27,880 nt of DNA from the NCBI GenBank assembly GCA_964537045.1, contig CAZHZB010000002.1, forward strand, positions 1-27,880, written 5' to 3'. The stretch comes from an uncultured Candidatus Bathyarchaeia archaeon (GTDB lineage: Archaea; Thermoproteota; Bathyarchaeia; Bathyarchaeales; Bathycorpusculaceae). Under the pieces are notes generated by a model. The model made no database searches, was not told the origin of the DNA, and was given only the letters and a program-made list of their open reading frames with translations. Shown here in pieces: positions 9,361-16,547 of the stretch; positions within the stretch are counted from its first letter, which is position 1, and each line of letters opens with the position of its first letter. Made by a program: the position numbers and the translations under genes.

Positions 9361-10131
9361 TTACGCACTTACTGGTGGCGGAGGACGAACAGATCTTCCT
9401 AGTTTTCTGCGCAGTGCGATCCGGTACAATTTTCTCATAGATTTCACAAGTCGTTCAACGCTGGGTAGGTTAGAGTACATCAATGGGATGCCGTCGTACT
9501 CTGCAAGTCTTATTGAGTAATCGTCCGGTTGCGTTCCGTGGAAAATGACGACTCGCGGTTTCAGACTGCTGACGCGGACAATGAGCATAGGGGAAGTTCC
9601 TCCATCTATATTCGTGAAAATCAACGCCCGCTCGGTGGTGGCACCAAAAAGCTGACTGAACTCGTGTCCCGAAAGAGTCTCAACAGCTCGTTGATTGTCC
9701 ACCACGGTGTAGCCGTTGATCTCCCGTACGCATCTTTCGGCGCACGCCACGATTTTTCCGTCTATTGCTTTGCACAGGTATTCTACCCTCACGGGCAAAG
9801 GAAACTCGCGAAGGTCTACGATGGCGTTGCTCGGAGAGCTAGTAAGCTTCGCAAACTCGTGTGTGAAGCGGCTACCGTGCTCTTCATCAAGCTTCAACAA
9901 GGCCCAGACGAATCTTCTGACGAACCTTGCGCCAGGACTCGGGCGTCGTCCGCTCTCGTAGTCACTGATGACTGATGAAGAAACGACCATCTTGTCTGAC
10001 ATGCTCATCTGAGAAATCGCGAAGAGCTCGCGCCACTTCCTCATAGTCGCCCCTGGCTTGCTTGAAAGAATTATCTCGCCAGCGATTCTCCTGGCAAGAA
10101 CAGATTCGCGAGCGCTGAGAGATGCAGCCAT
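9361..10131 (-). CDS. XRE-family HTH transcriptional regulator (COG1709-like) with DRTGG-like C-terminal domain
   Basis: RIAGEIILS..PG.TMRKWRELF.ISQ...SSSVISDYESGRR.SPG. C-terminal ALIFT...SPM...KPRVVIFHG...AE..GIPL. Confidence 0.85.
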   Translation of the reverse strand: MAASLSARESVLARRIAGEIILSSKPGATMRKWRELFAISQMSMSDKMVVSSSVISDYESGRRPSPGARFVRRFVWALLKLDEEHGSRFTHEFAKLTSSPSNAIVDLREFPLPVRVEYLCKAIDGKIVACAERCVREINGYTVVDNQRAVETLSGHEFSQLFGATTERALIFTNIDGGTSPMLIVRVSSLKPRVVIFHGTQPDDYSIRLAEYDGIPLMYSNLPSVERLVKSMRKLYRIALRRKLGRSVRPPPPVSA

Positions 10132-10210
10132 GTAATTGCGACCTTGATTGTCAGGCAATTTCCCCTAAAAGAACACGTAATATAAAAACCTAATCGCGCC
10201 ACGTGAAGTG

Positions 10211-11110
10211 CTAGAACATGAAAAGGAGAAAGATACCGAGCACGATTATTATTGTTCCAGCCACGTTTCTAATCGTGATTCGCTCTTTCAAGAATATCAT
10301 GCCCGAAACAACGGCAAAGAGAGGCGTCGTTGAAGATATGGGGACCGCCTGAGCCTCGGGAATGTAGAGAAAACTGTACGTCAAGAGGAACCAACCCAGT
10401 CCGAGTGCAACTAGACCTCCCAATGTCAACAATGCGAGAGACTTTCGCTGAATCTTGGCGAAACTGAATTTCCGGTCTGTCAAGGGCGTGGAAGCGAGTA
10501 GGAAAACGGCGACCGACAAGACTCTGATTGTGTTGAGAACCAGAGCACTGTCCAAAGTACCAGTTTCCGGAAGAGTCACGGCCGAGTTTATCATTGCTAT
10601 GCTTAAAGCCCAAAAGACTGCCGCTCCCAGAGCGAATAATCCGCCTCTAATTCGAAAACCTGCTTGCGCCATTCCTTCACTGGACTCTGGTTCTCTCGTG
10701 AGTAACCAGATTCCAAAGACTATTGCGACAGCCGCAACTATCACTTCGAAAGCAACGGTTTTAGGCTGAATCACCAAAGCCGGGAGAAGACTGAACAGAG
10801 GATAGGTACAGCTTATCGGAACAGCTCGTGAAACACCTATTTGCTTCAAGCTTACCATGTACAATGTGTCTCCCAAACCCAAGCCGATCAACCCGCTTAG
10901 AGACGAAAGAACCACGGAGTAGACGGGCAAGCTTGAGAAAACTGACAACTTGCCGATCAATGCTACAAATCCCATCAGAACTAGACTCGTGCAACCAAGA
11001 CGTACGATATTTGCCTGCAACGGTTTTGTGTTTGAGAGAGCCCTTCTGTACAATACTGCAGATACCGTCCACGAAATCGCAGTACCTAATGCCGCAAGTT
11101 CACCTAACAT
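10211..11110 (-). CDS. EamA/DMT family transporter (about 10 TM)
   Basis: Two EamA repeats; GVSRAVPISCTYPLF and AVPISSTTPLFAVVSGMIFLKERIT. Confidence 0.92.
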   Translation of the reverse strand: MLGELAALGTAISWTVSAVLYRRALSNTKPLQANIVRLGCTSLVLMGFVALIGKLSVFSSLPVYSVVLSSLSGLIGLGLGDTLYMVSLKQIGVSRAVPISCTYPLFSLLPALVIQPKTVAFEVIVAAVAIVFGIWLLTREPESSEGMAQAGFRIRGGLFALGAAVFWALSIAMINSAVTLPETGTLDSALVLNTIRVLSVAVFLLASTPLTDRKFSFAKIQRKSLALLTLGGLVALGLGWFLLTYSFLYIPEAQAVPISSTTPLFAVVSGMIFLKERITIRNVAGTIIIVLGIFLLFMF

Positions 11111-11190
11111 CTTTCCACGCGGTTCATGAGAAAAGGGCTTGAAGTTGTTAAATACCTAACGGTGCATAAGCTCCGAGCGGTGCATCAACG

Positions 11191-11892
11191 ATGCAGATCA
11201 AAGTCGAATGGAGTCAAGAAGTGAGTCAGAAATTTCCTGAACTAGCCATCTGCGTCGGCATGATTCAAAACATCAAGGTCAAAAAAGAAAACGAACAAAC
11301 CAAAATTCTCAAGAAGAAAGCCTGCGAAGAAGCCAGAGCCAATTATGACGCTGAAACCTTGAAAGATAACCCGACTGTAAGAGCCTACAGGGACATGTAC
11401 TGGAAACTGGATATCGACCCTACCAAGACAAGACCATCAGGCGAAGCTTTGCTACGGAGAGTCCTGCACCACAGCGATTTGCCCACCATATCCACAGCCG
11501 TTGACGCCTATAATTTGGCTTCTATGAAGACAATCGTACCAATAAGCGGATTCGACTATGAGCGTCTCACTCCACCATTTCAAGTCAGATTCGCTCGCGG
11601 CAATGAAAGATTCGCAGGAATAGGTAAGACAGAACCTATTCCTCTTGAATCGAAAATGCTGGTTTTTGGAAACGGAAAACAGGTCCTCTGCATTTACCCT
11701 TACCGTGATTGCGATCACACAAAGATCACGTTGAAGACTCACACTGCCATGATAGTCGGATACGGGGCTCCAGGAATATCTCCCGCCCAACTGCGGGAAG
11801 CCGTCGAGACAACATTGTCATTTATCAAACAGGTTTCGGGCGGCGAGATAGAAGCAGTAGAAACCTTTCAAAGTCCTACAGGAAAACAATAG
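11191..11892 (+). CDS. Stand-alone B3/4 domain protein (PheRS-beta editing domain-like, putative aminoacyl-tRNA deacylase)
   Basis: VRAYRDMYWKLDIDPTKTRPSGEALLRR, AVDAYNLAS, D.D, ICIYPYRDC.HTKIT. No other PheT domains present. Confidence 0.88.
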   Translation: MQIKVEWSQEVSQKFPELAICVGMIQNIKVKKENEQTKILKKKACEEARANYDAETLKDNPTVRAYRDMYWKLDIDPTKTRPSGEALLRRVLHHSDLPTISTAVDAYNLASMKTIVPISGFDYERLTPPFQVRFARGNERFAGIGKTEPIPLESKMLVFGNGKQVLCIYPYRDCDHTKITLKTHTAMIVGYGAPGISPAQLREAVETTLSFIKQVSGGEIEAVETFQSPTGKQ

Positions 11893-11897
11893 TCCGA

Positions 11898-12332
11898 TCA
11901 GGTTAGGTTACTGGTTGCGTAATAGAGAAATGGCAAGGCAAGAAGGATCGTGTTGCGTCCTTTGCACGTAAGCGAGTAGCCCACTCGGAGCGGAGGCCCC
12001 TGATCAACTGATCTCTTGATGAAACCGTAGCGATTCAGGATTTTCAGTTTGTCGGATAGAGTTCGTGAATTCACTCTGAGAATCTTCTTAAGTTCCCCGA
12101 ACCCTGTGGTTTCTCTGAGAAATAGTATGTAAAGAATCTGAAGGTTCCATTTTTGAGACAAAAGATCGAAGCTTTCTTCCAAGCTTTTTATCGTTTCTCT
12201 AAGCTCCTCCAAGCCGAGTTTTTGAGTTCCGAATATCTGCCTCAGTGTTTGTTCTATGCCTTCGATGTTGCTTTTCATTCGGGATTCTACTAGCTTGCGA
12301 AGTTCATTGCTCAACACTGCTTGGTGGTTCAT
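11898..12332 (-). CDS. HxlR-family winged helix-turn-helix regulator
   Basis: LSQKWNLQILY, FGELKK..VNSRTLSDKLK.L...GFIKR....PPLRVGYSLT.KG. Confidence 0.88.
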   Translation of the reverse strand: MNHQAVLSNELRKLVESRMKSNIEGIEQTLRQIFGTQKLGLEELRETIKSLEESFDLLSQKWNLQILYILFLRETTGFGELKKILRVNSRTLSDKLKILNRYGFIKRSVDQGPPLRVGYSLTCKGRNTILLALPFLYYATSNLT

Positions 12333-12502
12333 ACTCTGTCTCCAAGTTTATGATCTGTTGGGTTTAACTTTTAAATCTAGTGTAGAAAATACACCAACGT
12401 ATATGGAGCAAAACAAGATAGAAACGCGCTCTGTCCTCTCAGCTTTGAAGACAAGCAAAAGGGTTTTTAGCTCTGCGCACAAATGGAGAGAGGTGTCCGA
12501 AT

Positions 12503-13273
12503 TTGCCTTTCCGTAACAAAATCGACAGGCTCGCAAAAGAAAAGGACTCTAGAATAATCCTCGCTTTTGATTTCCCATTCGAAAAACCAGCAAACAGACA
12601 AGCACTTTTCAACAAAGCAGAGAAATTGCTGAAAGCGATCCATCCGTACGTCTGTGCCGTCAAATTCAACCATCACCTGATCCTTCCATTGGGCACCTTT
12701 GACGGTGTCCAGAAACTTGTCACGGAAGCACATGACGAAGGATTGGTTACTATTGTGGACTGCAAAGCCAACGACATAGGCTCCACAAATCAAGTCATTG
12801 CTAAGTACTACTACGCCGCTGGTTTTGACGCCATCATAGCTAACCCTTTCATCGGATGGGAGGAAGGTTTGAAGCCTATCTTTGACGTGGCCGGGCGATT
12901 AGATCGTGGAGTGATTCTCCTTGTCTACATGAGCCACAAAGCATCGTTTGAGGGATACGGGCAAACCATAATTGACCCTGACAGTGGCAAAAAAGTGCCA
13001 CAGTACATCTCTTTTGCGAAGAAGGCCCTTAAGTATGAGGCAGATGGTGCAGTAGTCGGCGCAACCTATCCAGAAAAGATAAGGGAAGTGTATAAAATTC
13101 TATCGAAGAGAGTCCCGATATATTCACCGGGAATTGGAGCACAAGGCGCTACAGTCGAACCAGCGGTCAGGTCTGGTTCTCGCTATTTGATCGTCGGAAG
13201 AGAAATAACGCTTTCAGAGAACCCCGCAGAAGTGGCAAAGAGAACCAGAGACGCGGCGCGATCCGTCAAATAG
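12503..13273 (+). CDS. pyrF: Orotidine 5'-phosphate decarboxylase
   Basis: IILAFD, AVK, catalytic DxKxxDIxxT (DCKANDIGST), GAVVGAT, SPGIGAQG, IVGREI. Confidence 0.95.
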   Translation: MPFRNKIDRLAKEKDSRIILAFDFPFEKPANRQALFNKAEKLLKAIHPYVCAVKFNHHLILPLGTFDGVQKLVTEAHDEGLVTIVDCKANDIGSTNQVIAKYYYAAGFDAIIANPFIGWEEGLKPIFDVAGRLDRGVILLVYMSHKASFEGYGQTIIDPDSGKKVPQYISFAKKALKYEADGAVVGATYPEKIREVYKILSKRVPIYSPGIGAQGATVEPAVRSGSRYLIVGREITLSENPAEVAKRTRDAARSVK

Positions 13274-13311
13274 AATCTCGGTGAATATTCCTTCATCACG
13301 AAGTTCGAGAA

Positions 13312-13464
13312 TTACCTTCCGCGTCTTTCCCATAGCTCTTTTTTCAACAGGTCTCTCACAGACGACCTGATCGCTGAGCTTCTGCTCGGATACATGTTCG
13401 CTCTAACAAGCTCGTCCAACCCTTCAAGATAAGCTTCGGGTAGTAATACTGTCACCAGTTTCAA
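13312..13464 (-). CDS. Ribbon-helix-helix (CopG/MetJ/Arc) DNA-binding protein, CdrS-like, 50 aa
   Basis: MKLVTVLLPEAYLEGLDELV...YPSRSSAIRSSVRDLL: beta strand plus two helices with the RSxAIR motif. TTG at 13464 behind GAGG. Confidence 0.85.
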   Translation of the reverse strand: MKLVTVLLPEAYLEGLDELVRANMYPSRSSAIRSSVRDLLKKELWERRGR

Positions 13465-13499
13465 ACCTTTTTCCCTCAGACATGTCCAGAGTATAACAT

Positions 13500-13522
13500 G
13501 CGTCAAATATAAGATTTGACGC
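13500..13522 (-). promoter_or_regulatory. Perfect 9-bp inverted repeat (GCGTCAAAT-N5-ATTTGACGC) overlapping the RHH gene TATA box
   Basis: Arms at 13500-13508 and 13514-13522. The minus strand reads CTTATATT across the centre, about 45 nt upstream of the TTG start. Confidence 0.6.
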
Positions 13523-13677
13523 TGCTAGCTACCGGTTCTCGAACTCTACTTGTCACGTCACGACTTCAAGGAGCCTAGTGGCCCAAATAAACGCACTTTA
13601 GAGGCATCAGTGCAGAACGGACAAATACAAAAGTCATAAAACTACGGACTCACTAAAAGAAGTGCGAGGCAGTCACT

Positions 13678-14880
13678 TTGGAAACCTTTGACCCCAAGAA
13701 GTTTGTAGACAATGCAATTGCTGAAACTAAGAAAAGTATAGGGAACGAAAAGGCGTTAGTCGCCATTTCGGGTGGGGTCGACAGCACAACATGCGCTGTC
13801 TTGACTCACAAGGCGATCGGTGATAACCTTATCTGCGTAATCTTGGACGATGCATTCATGAGACAGGATGAACCTGAACACGTGGCGAACACTCTTTCAA
13901 AACCGCCTTTCAACGTTCCGACCAAAATTGTCAACGTTCGAGAACGCTTCTTGAAGGCAATGAAAGAATTAAGTGATGCCGAAGAAAAACGCAAGATGTT
14001 CAGAGAAACCTTCTATCAGGTACTTGCTGATACGGCTAAGAAAGAGAAATGCAAGATTCTCGTGCAAGGCACAATACGTGCAGACATACTAGAGACGGTC
14101 GGCGGTGTGAAAACCCAGCACAATGTTCTGGAACAGATGGGCATTAACCCCATAGAGCGGTTCGGGTTCAAAGTAGTAGAACCTCTTCTGCCTCTGTTTA
14201 AAGAACAAGTCAGAATGCTGGCGAGACTGTTTGGTTTGCCACCTGAATATGCTGAGCGACAACCTTTCCCTGGGCCTGGCCTTTCGGTTCGTGTGGTCGG
14301 TGAAATCCGCCCTGAAAAACTGGAGACTTTGAGAAAAGCAACAGCAATTGCCGAGAGTGAACTCAAGGATCTCAGACCAGCGCAATACTTTGCGATTATC
14401 ATGGACAATGAAGAAAACACGCATCTATCGACAGCTTTGAGAGTTCAAGAGACTGCAGCACGTCTTCTCAACGTTCCGTCAAGAAACGTGAACGTCAAGA
14501 TCTTCAAACACAAGGCTACAGGCGTGGAGGGCGGCAAAAGACGCTACGGGGAAGTGGTCGGCCTGAAAGTGCAGACCATGAACGGCAGGCTTCATCAAAC
14601 ACCCTTGCAGAACATAGTTTCTCTGCAAGCCAGAATAATCACGGAAAACCCCGAAGTTGCACGAGTATTCTATGCAATCGAAGATTCGCCGGAAAAGAAG
14701 CCCTACGTCATCGGCATACGTTCGGTTGAAACCAAGGATTTTCTAACCGCAAAGGTCTCGGAAATACCATGGACAACCCTTGAGAAAATAGCTGAGGACA
14801 CGATGAAAAAGTGTCCCAACGTGTCAACCGTCTACTATGATCTTACACCAAAACCTCCAGCCACGATTGAAATGGAGTAA
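13678..14880 (+). CDS. guaAB: GMP synthase subunit B (ATP pyrophosphatase + dimerisation domain), extended form
   Basis: PP-loop SGGVDS, LVQGTI, KTQHNV, RQPFPGPGLSVR, YDLTPKPPATIEME. No glutamine amidotransferase domain. Confidence 0.93.
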   Translation: METFDPKKFVDNAIAETKKSIGNEKALVAISGGVDSTTCAVLTHKAIGDNLICVILDDAFMRQDEPEHVANTLSKPPFNVPTKIVNVRERFLKAMKELSDAEEKRKMFRETFYQVLADTAKKEKCKILVQGTIRADILETVGGVKTQHNVLEQMGINPIERFGFKVVEPLLPLFKEQVRMLARLFGLPPEYAERQPFPGPGLSVRVVGEIRPEKLETLRKATAIAESELKDLRPAQYFAIIMDNEENTHLSTALRVQETAARLLNVPSRNVNVKIFKHKATGVEGGKRRYGEVVGLKVQTMNGRLHQTPLQNIVSLQARIITENPEVARVFYAIEDSPEKKPYVIGIRSVETKDFLTAKVSEIPWTTLEKIAEDTMKKCPNVSTVYYDLTPKPPATIEME

Positions 14881-14954
14881 AATAGAAGAGAGGCAGATTG
14901 ACTCCAGCCCGAAATCTATAAAGCCTCTATAGACTTCTTGAGTAATGATGAACC

Positions 14955-15281
14955 ATGTTTCGCGTACGCGTAAACAAGATCGAATCTATCCGAGACGTAG
15001 ACGGCAACCTTGGGAAACGGATAGAGCTCATTGAAGATCGACGAGTCCCTCAAATGGTCATTAGACCACAAACAGAGGAAGCCAAAGTCGTGCAAGACGT
15101 GCTTCAGACCCTGCAGCAACAAATGCCCATTTTCCAAGGGAGAATGGATCTAGCGATCCCGAAGATAATTCTGTTCCTGACCGAACAAGAATATGAAATG
15201 CTGGGAATTGAATTTGACGTTAATCAGATCTACGAGGTCAGACTTGAAAATCAGGCCGTAAAGTTTACGAGAATTCCGTGA
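14955..15281 (+). CDS. Arcadin-1-like protein
   Basis: Pattern D.DG....IEL.E...P...Q.EEA....V...PKIILFLTEQEYE.LG..FDV..IYEV.LEN.A matches Pyrobaculum arcadin-1 as recalled (PRITLWLTEEE...IDVGDVIEI.IENGAI). Not verified by search. Confidence 0.7.
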   Translation: MFRVRVNKIESIRDVDGNLGKRIELIEDRRVPQMVIRPQTEEAKVVQDVLQTLQQQMPIFQGRMDLAIPKIILFLTEQEYEMLGIEFDVNQIYEVRLENQAVKFTRIP

Positions 15282-15600
15282 GCTCCTTTCTGATACCCCT
15301 AAGAGCTGAATGCTTCGGGTGGAAAGACAGCACAAACATCATGTTCTTCAGTTTTGTGCATATCTCTTCTACGTTTGACTGCTTTTCGCTGACGCAAAAG
15401 ATCGGAACAGGCTCGTCGTCACCGTTCGCGTAATACACGTAGATAGGGGCAAACTTTTTCCTGAAAGTCTTGACTTCAAAGCCAAGCTTCAAACGTCTGG
15501 CCATTTTCTCTGTGGCCGCGCGGACTGGTTCTAGGCGTCTTCCTCGAGACGCGAAGCTGGAGGCATAAACGAACAGTTTGCCGTTACAGTTTTCCAGCAT
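15265..15600 (-). CDS. Hypothetical protein (about 111 aa, alpha/beta)
   Basis: Clean ORF with protein-like composition, own upstream TTAAAA box, fills a gap. No family recognised. Confidence 0.65.
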   Translation of the reverse strand: MLENCNGKLFVYASSFASRGRRLEPVRAATEKMARRLKLGFEVKTFRKKFAPIYVYYANGDDEPVPIFCVSEKQSNVEEICTKLKNMMFVLSFHPKHSALRGIRKELTEFS

Positions 15601-15715
15601 CTCAAATCCCAATATCAACCTTCAAGAAGACACCTTTTAAGAAGAGTGATGAAACAACCTAACCATGCAGAAGAGAGATGAGTTTAAGTGAACGGTTGGG
15701 AGGAGTGGAGCAATT

Positions 15716-15988
15716 ATGAAAATCAGGGTTCGAGTCTTCGTCAGTGGAAGAGTTCAGGGCGTTTTCTTCAGAGAAGAAACAACGTGCCGAGCAAAAGAAC
15801 ATAACGTTGCTGGTTGGGTTCGAAACCTGTCTGATGGCAGAGTTGAAGCTGTATTTGAGGGAGAAGATAGAGACGTGACAAAGATGATAGAATTTTGTAG
15901 ACGTGGACCACCTGCTGCTAGAGTGACGTCGGTTGAAGTTCGGGAGGAGCCTTATTCTGACGAATACGTTGATTTTGAAGCAATATGA
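15716..15988 (+). CDS. acyP: Acylphosphatase
   Basis: VSGRVQGVFFR, GWVRNLSDGRVEAVFEG, GPPAARV. GGAGGAG RBS. Confidence 0.96.
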   Translation: MKIRVRVFVSGRVQGVFFREETTCRAKEHNVAGWVRNLSDGRVEAVFEGEDRDVTKMIEFCRRGPPAARVTSVEVREEPYSDEYVDFEAI

Positions 15989-16014
15989 GATGTTTTCAAG
16001 AAACGATGATGAAA

Positions 16015-16455
16015 CTAGGCTCCGCTCTTTGGAACTTTGAAATGTGACGCTTTTCCAGCGCTTACGTATTCTCCGCCGGCCTGGCGCACCGCGGACGCAA
16101 TTTTGGAGAAGTTGTCAGAACCCAAGAATTGACGTGGCTTGATAATCACATAATCGTCCTTTTCCTCAAAACTCAACAGGTTCTCCAAGTCCTCAGGGAA
16201 CAACGCCTTGACATCTTCAAGGGCTTTTGATCTCTCAGCGACGCGAGGTGCTCCAGCCACTGCTCCAGAGACAGTTCCAGGTTGGCCCAAAGACAATGGT
16301 GGTGGTGCTGCGACGGGTTGAGTGATCTGTTGGACGGCTAATGATTTCAACGAAGATGTGACTTGTCTCAAGTCTCCGGTGACATCGTTCAGGATTGCCA
16401 CGAGTTCTTCAACTTTCTTGATGAGGTTGTCAATCTTCACTTTATCGGCGCTCAT
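16015..16455 (-). CDS. Hypothetical protein: N-terminal coiled coil, Pro/Ala/Gly linker, small C-terminal alpha/beta domain
   Basis: Heptad-like IDNLIKKVEELVAILNDVTGDLRQV, low-complexity linker, compact FPEDLE...GGEYVSAGKASHFKVP domain. GAAGG RBS. Confidence 0.75.
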   Translation of the reverse strand: MSADKVKIDNLIKKVEELVAILNDVTGDLRQVTSSLKSLAVQQITQPVAAPPPLSLGQPGTVSGAVAGAPRVAERSKALEDVKALFPEDLENLLSFEEKDDYVIIKPRQFLGSDNFSKIASAVRQAGGEYVSAGKASHFKVPKSGA

Positions 16456-16547
16456 GAGCCTTCAACCTTCCAAATCCTTAATACGACGGCCTTTTATTAA
16501 TTGTTTCCGACCTTTTCAACGAGCCAAAAACAGGAGCCAAGTCGCGT

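Noticed and set aside
13270-13305. Minus-strand GTGATGA (box C) followed 11 nt later by CCGA (D'-like)
   Set aside because: No convincing C' or terminal CUGA box; the segment runs antisense into pyrF.
13592-13666. CGCACTT/AAGTGCG complementarity upstream of guaAB, suggesting a riboswitch-like leader
   Set aside because: Only 7 bp, no purine-riboswitch consensus, and the likely TATA (about 13635) lies between the arms.
14945-16012. Box C-like RTGATGA at 14945, 15646 and 16006
   Set aside because: None has a CUGA D box at suitable distance; the first is explained as an RBS-like element.
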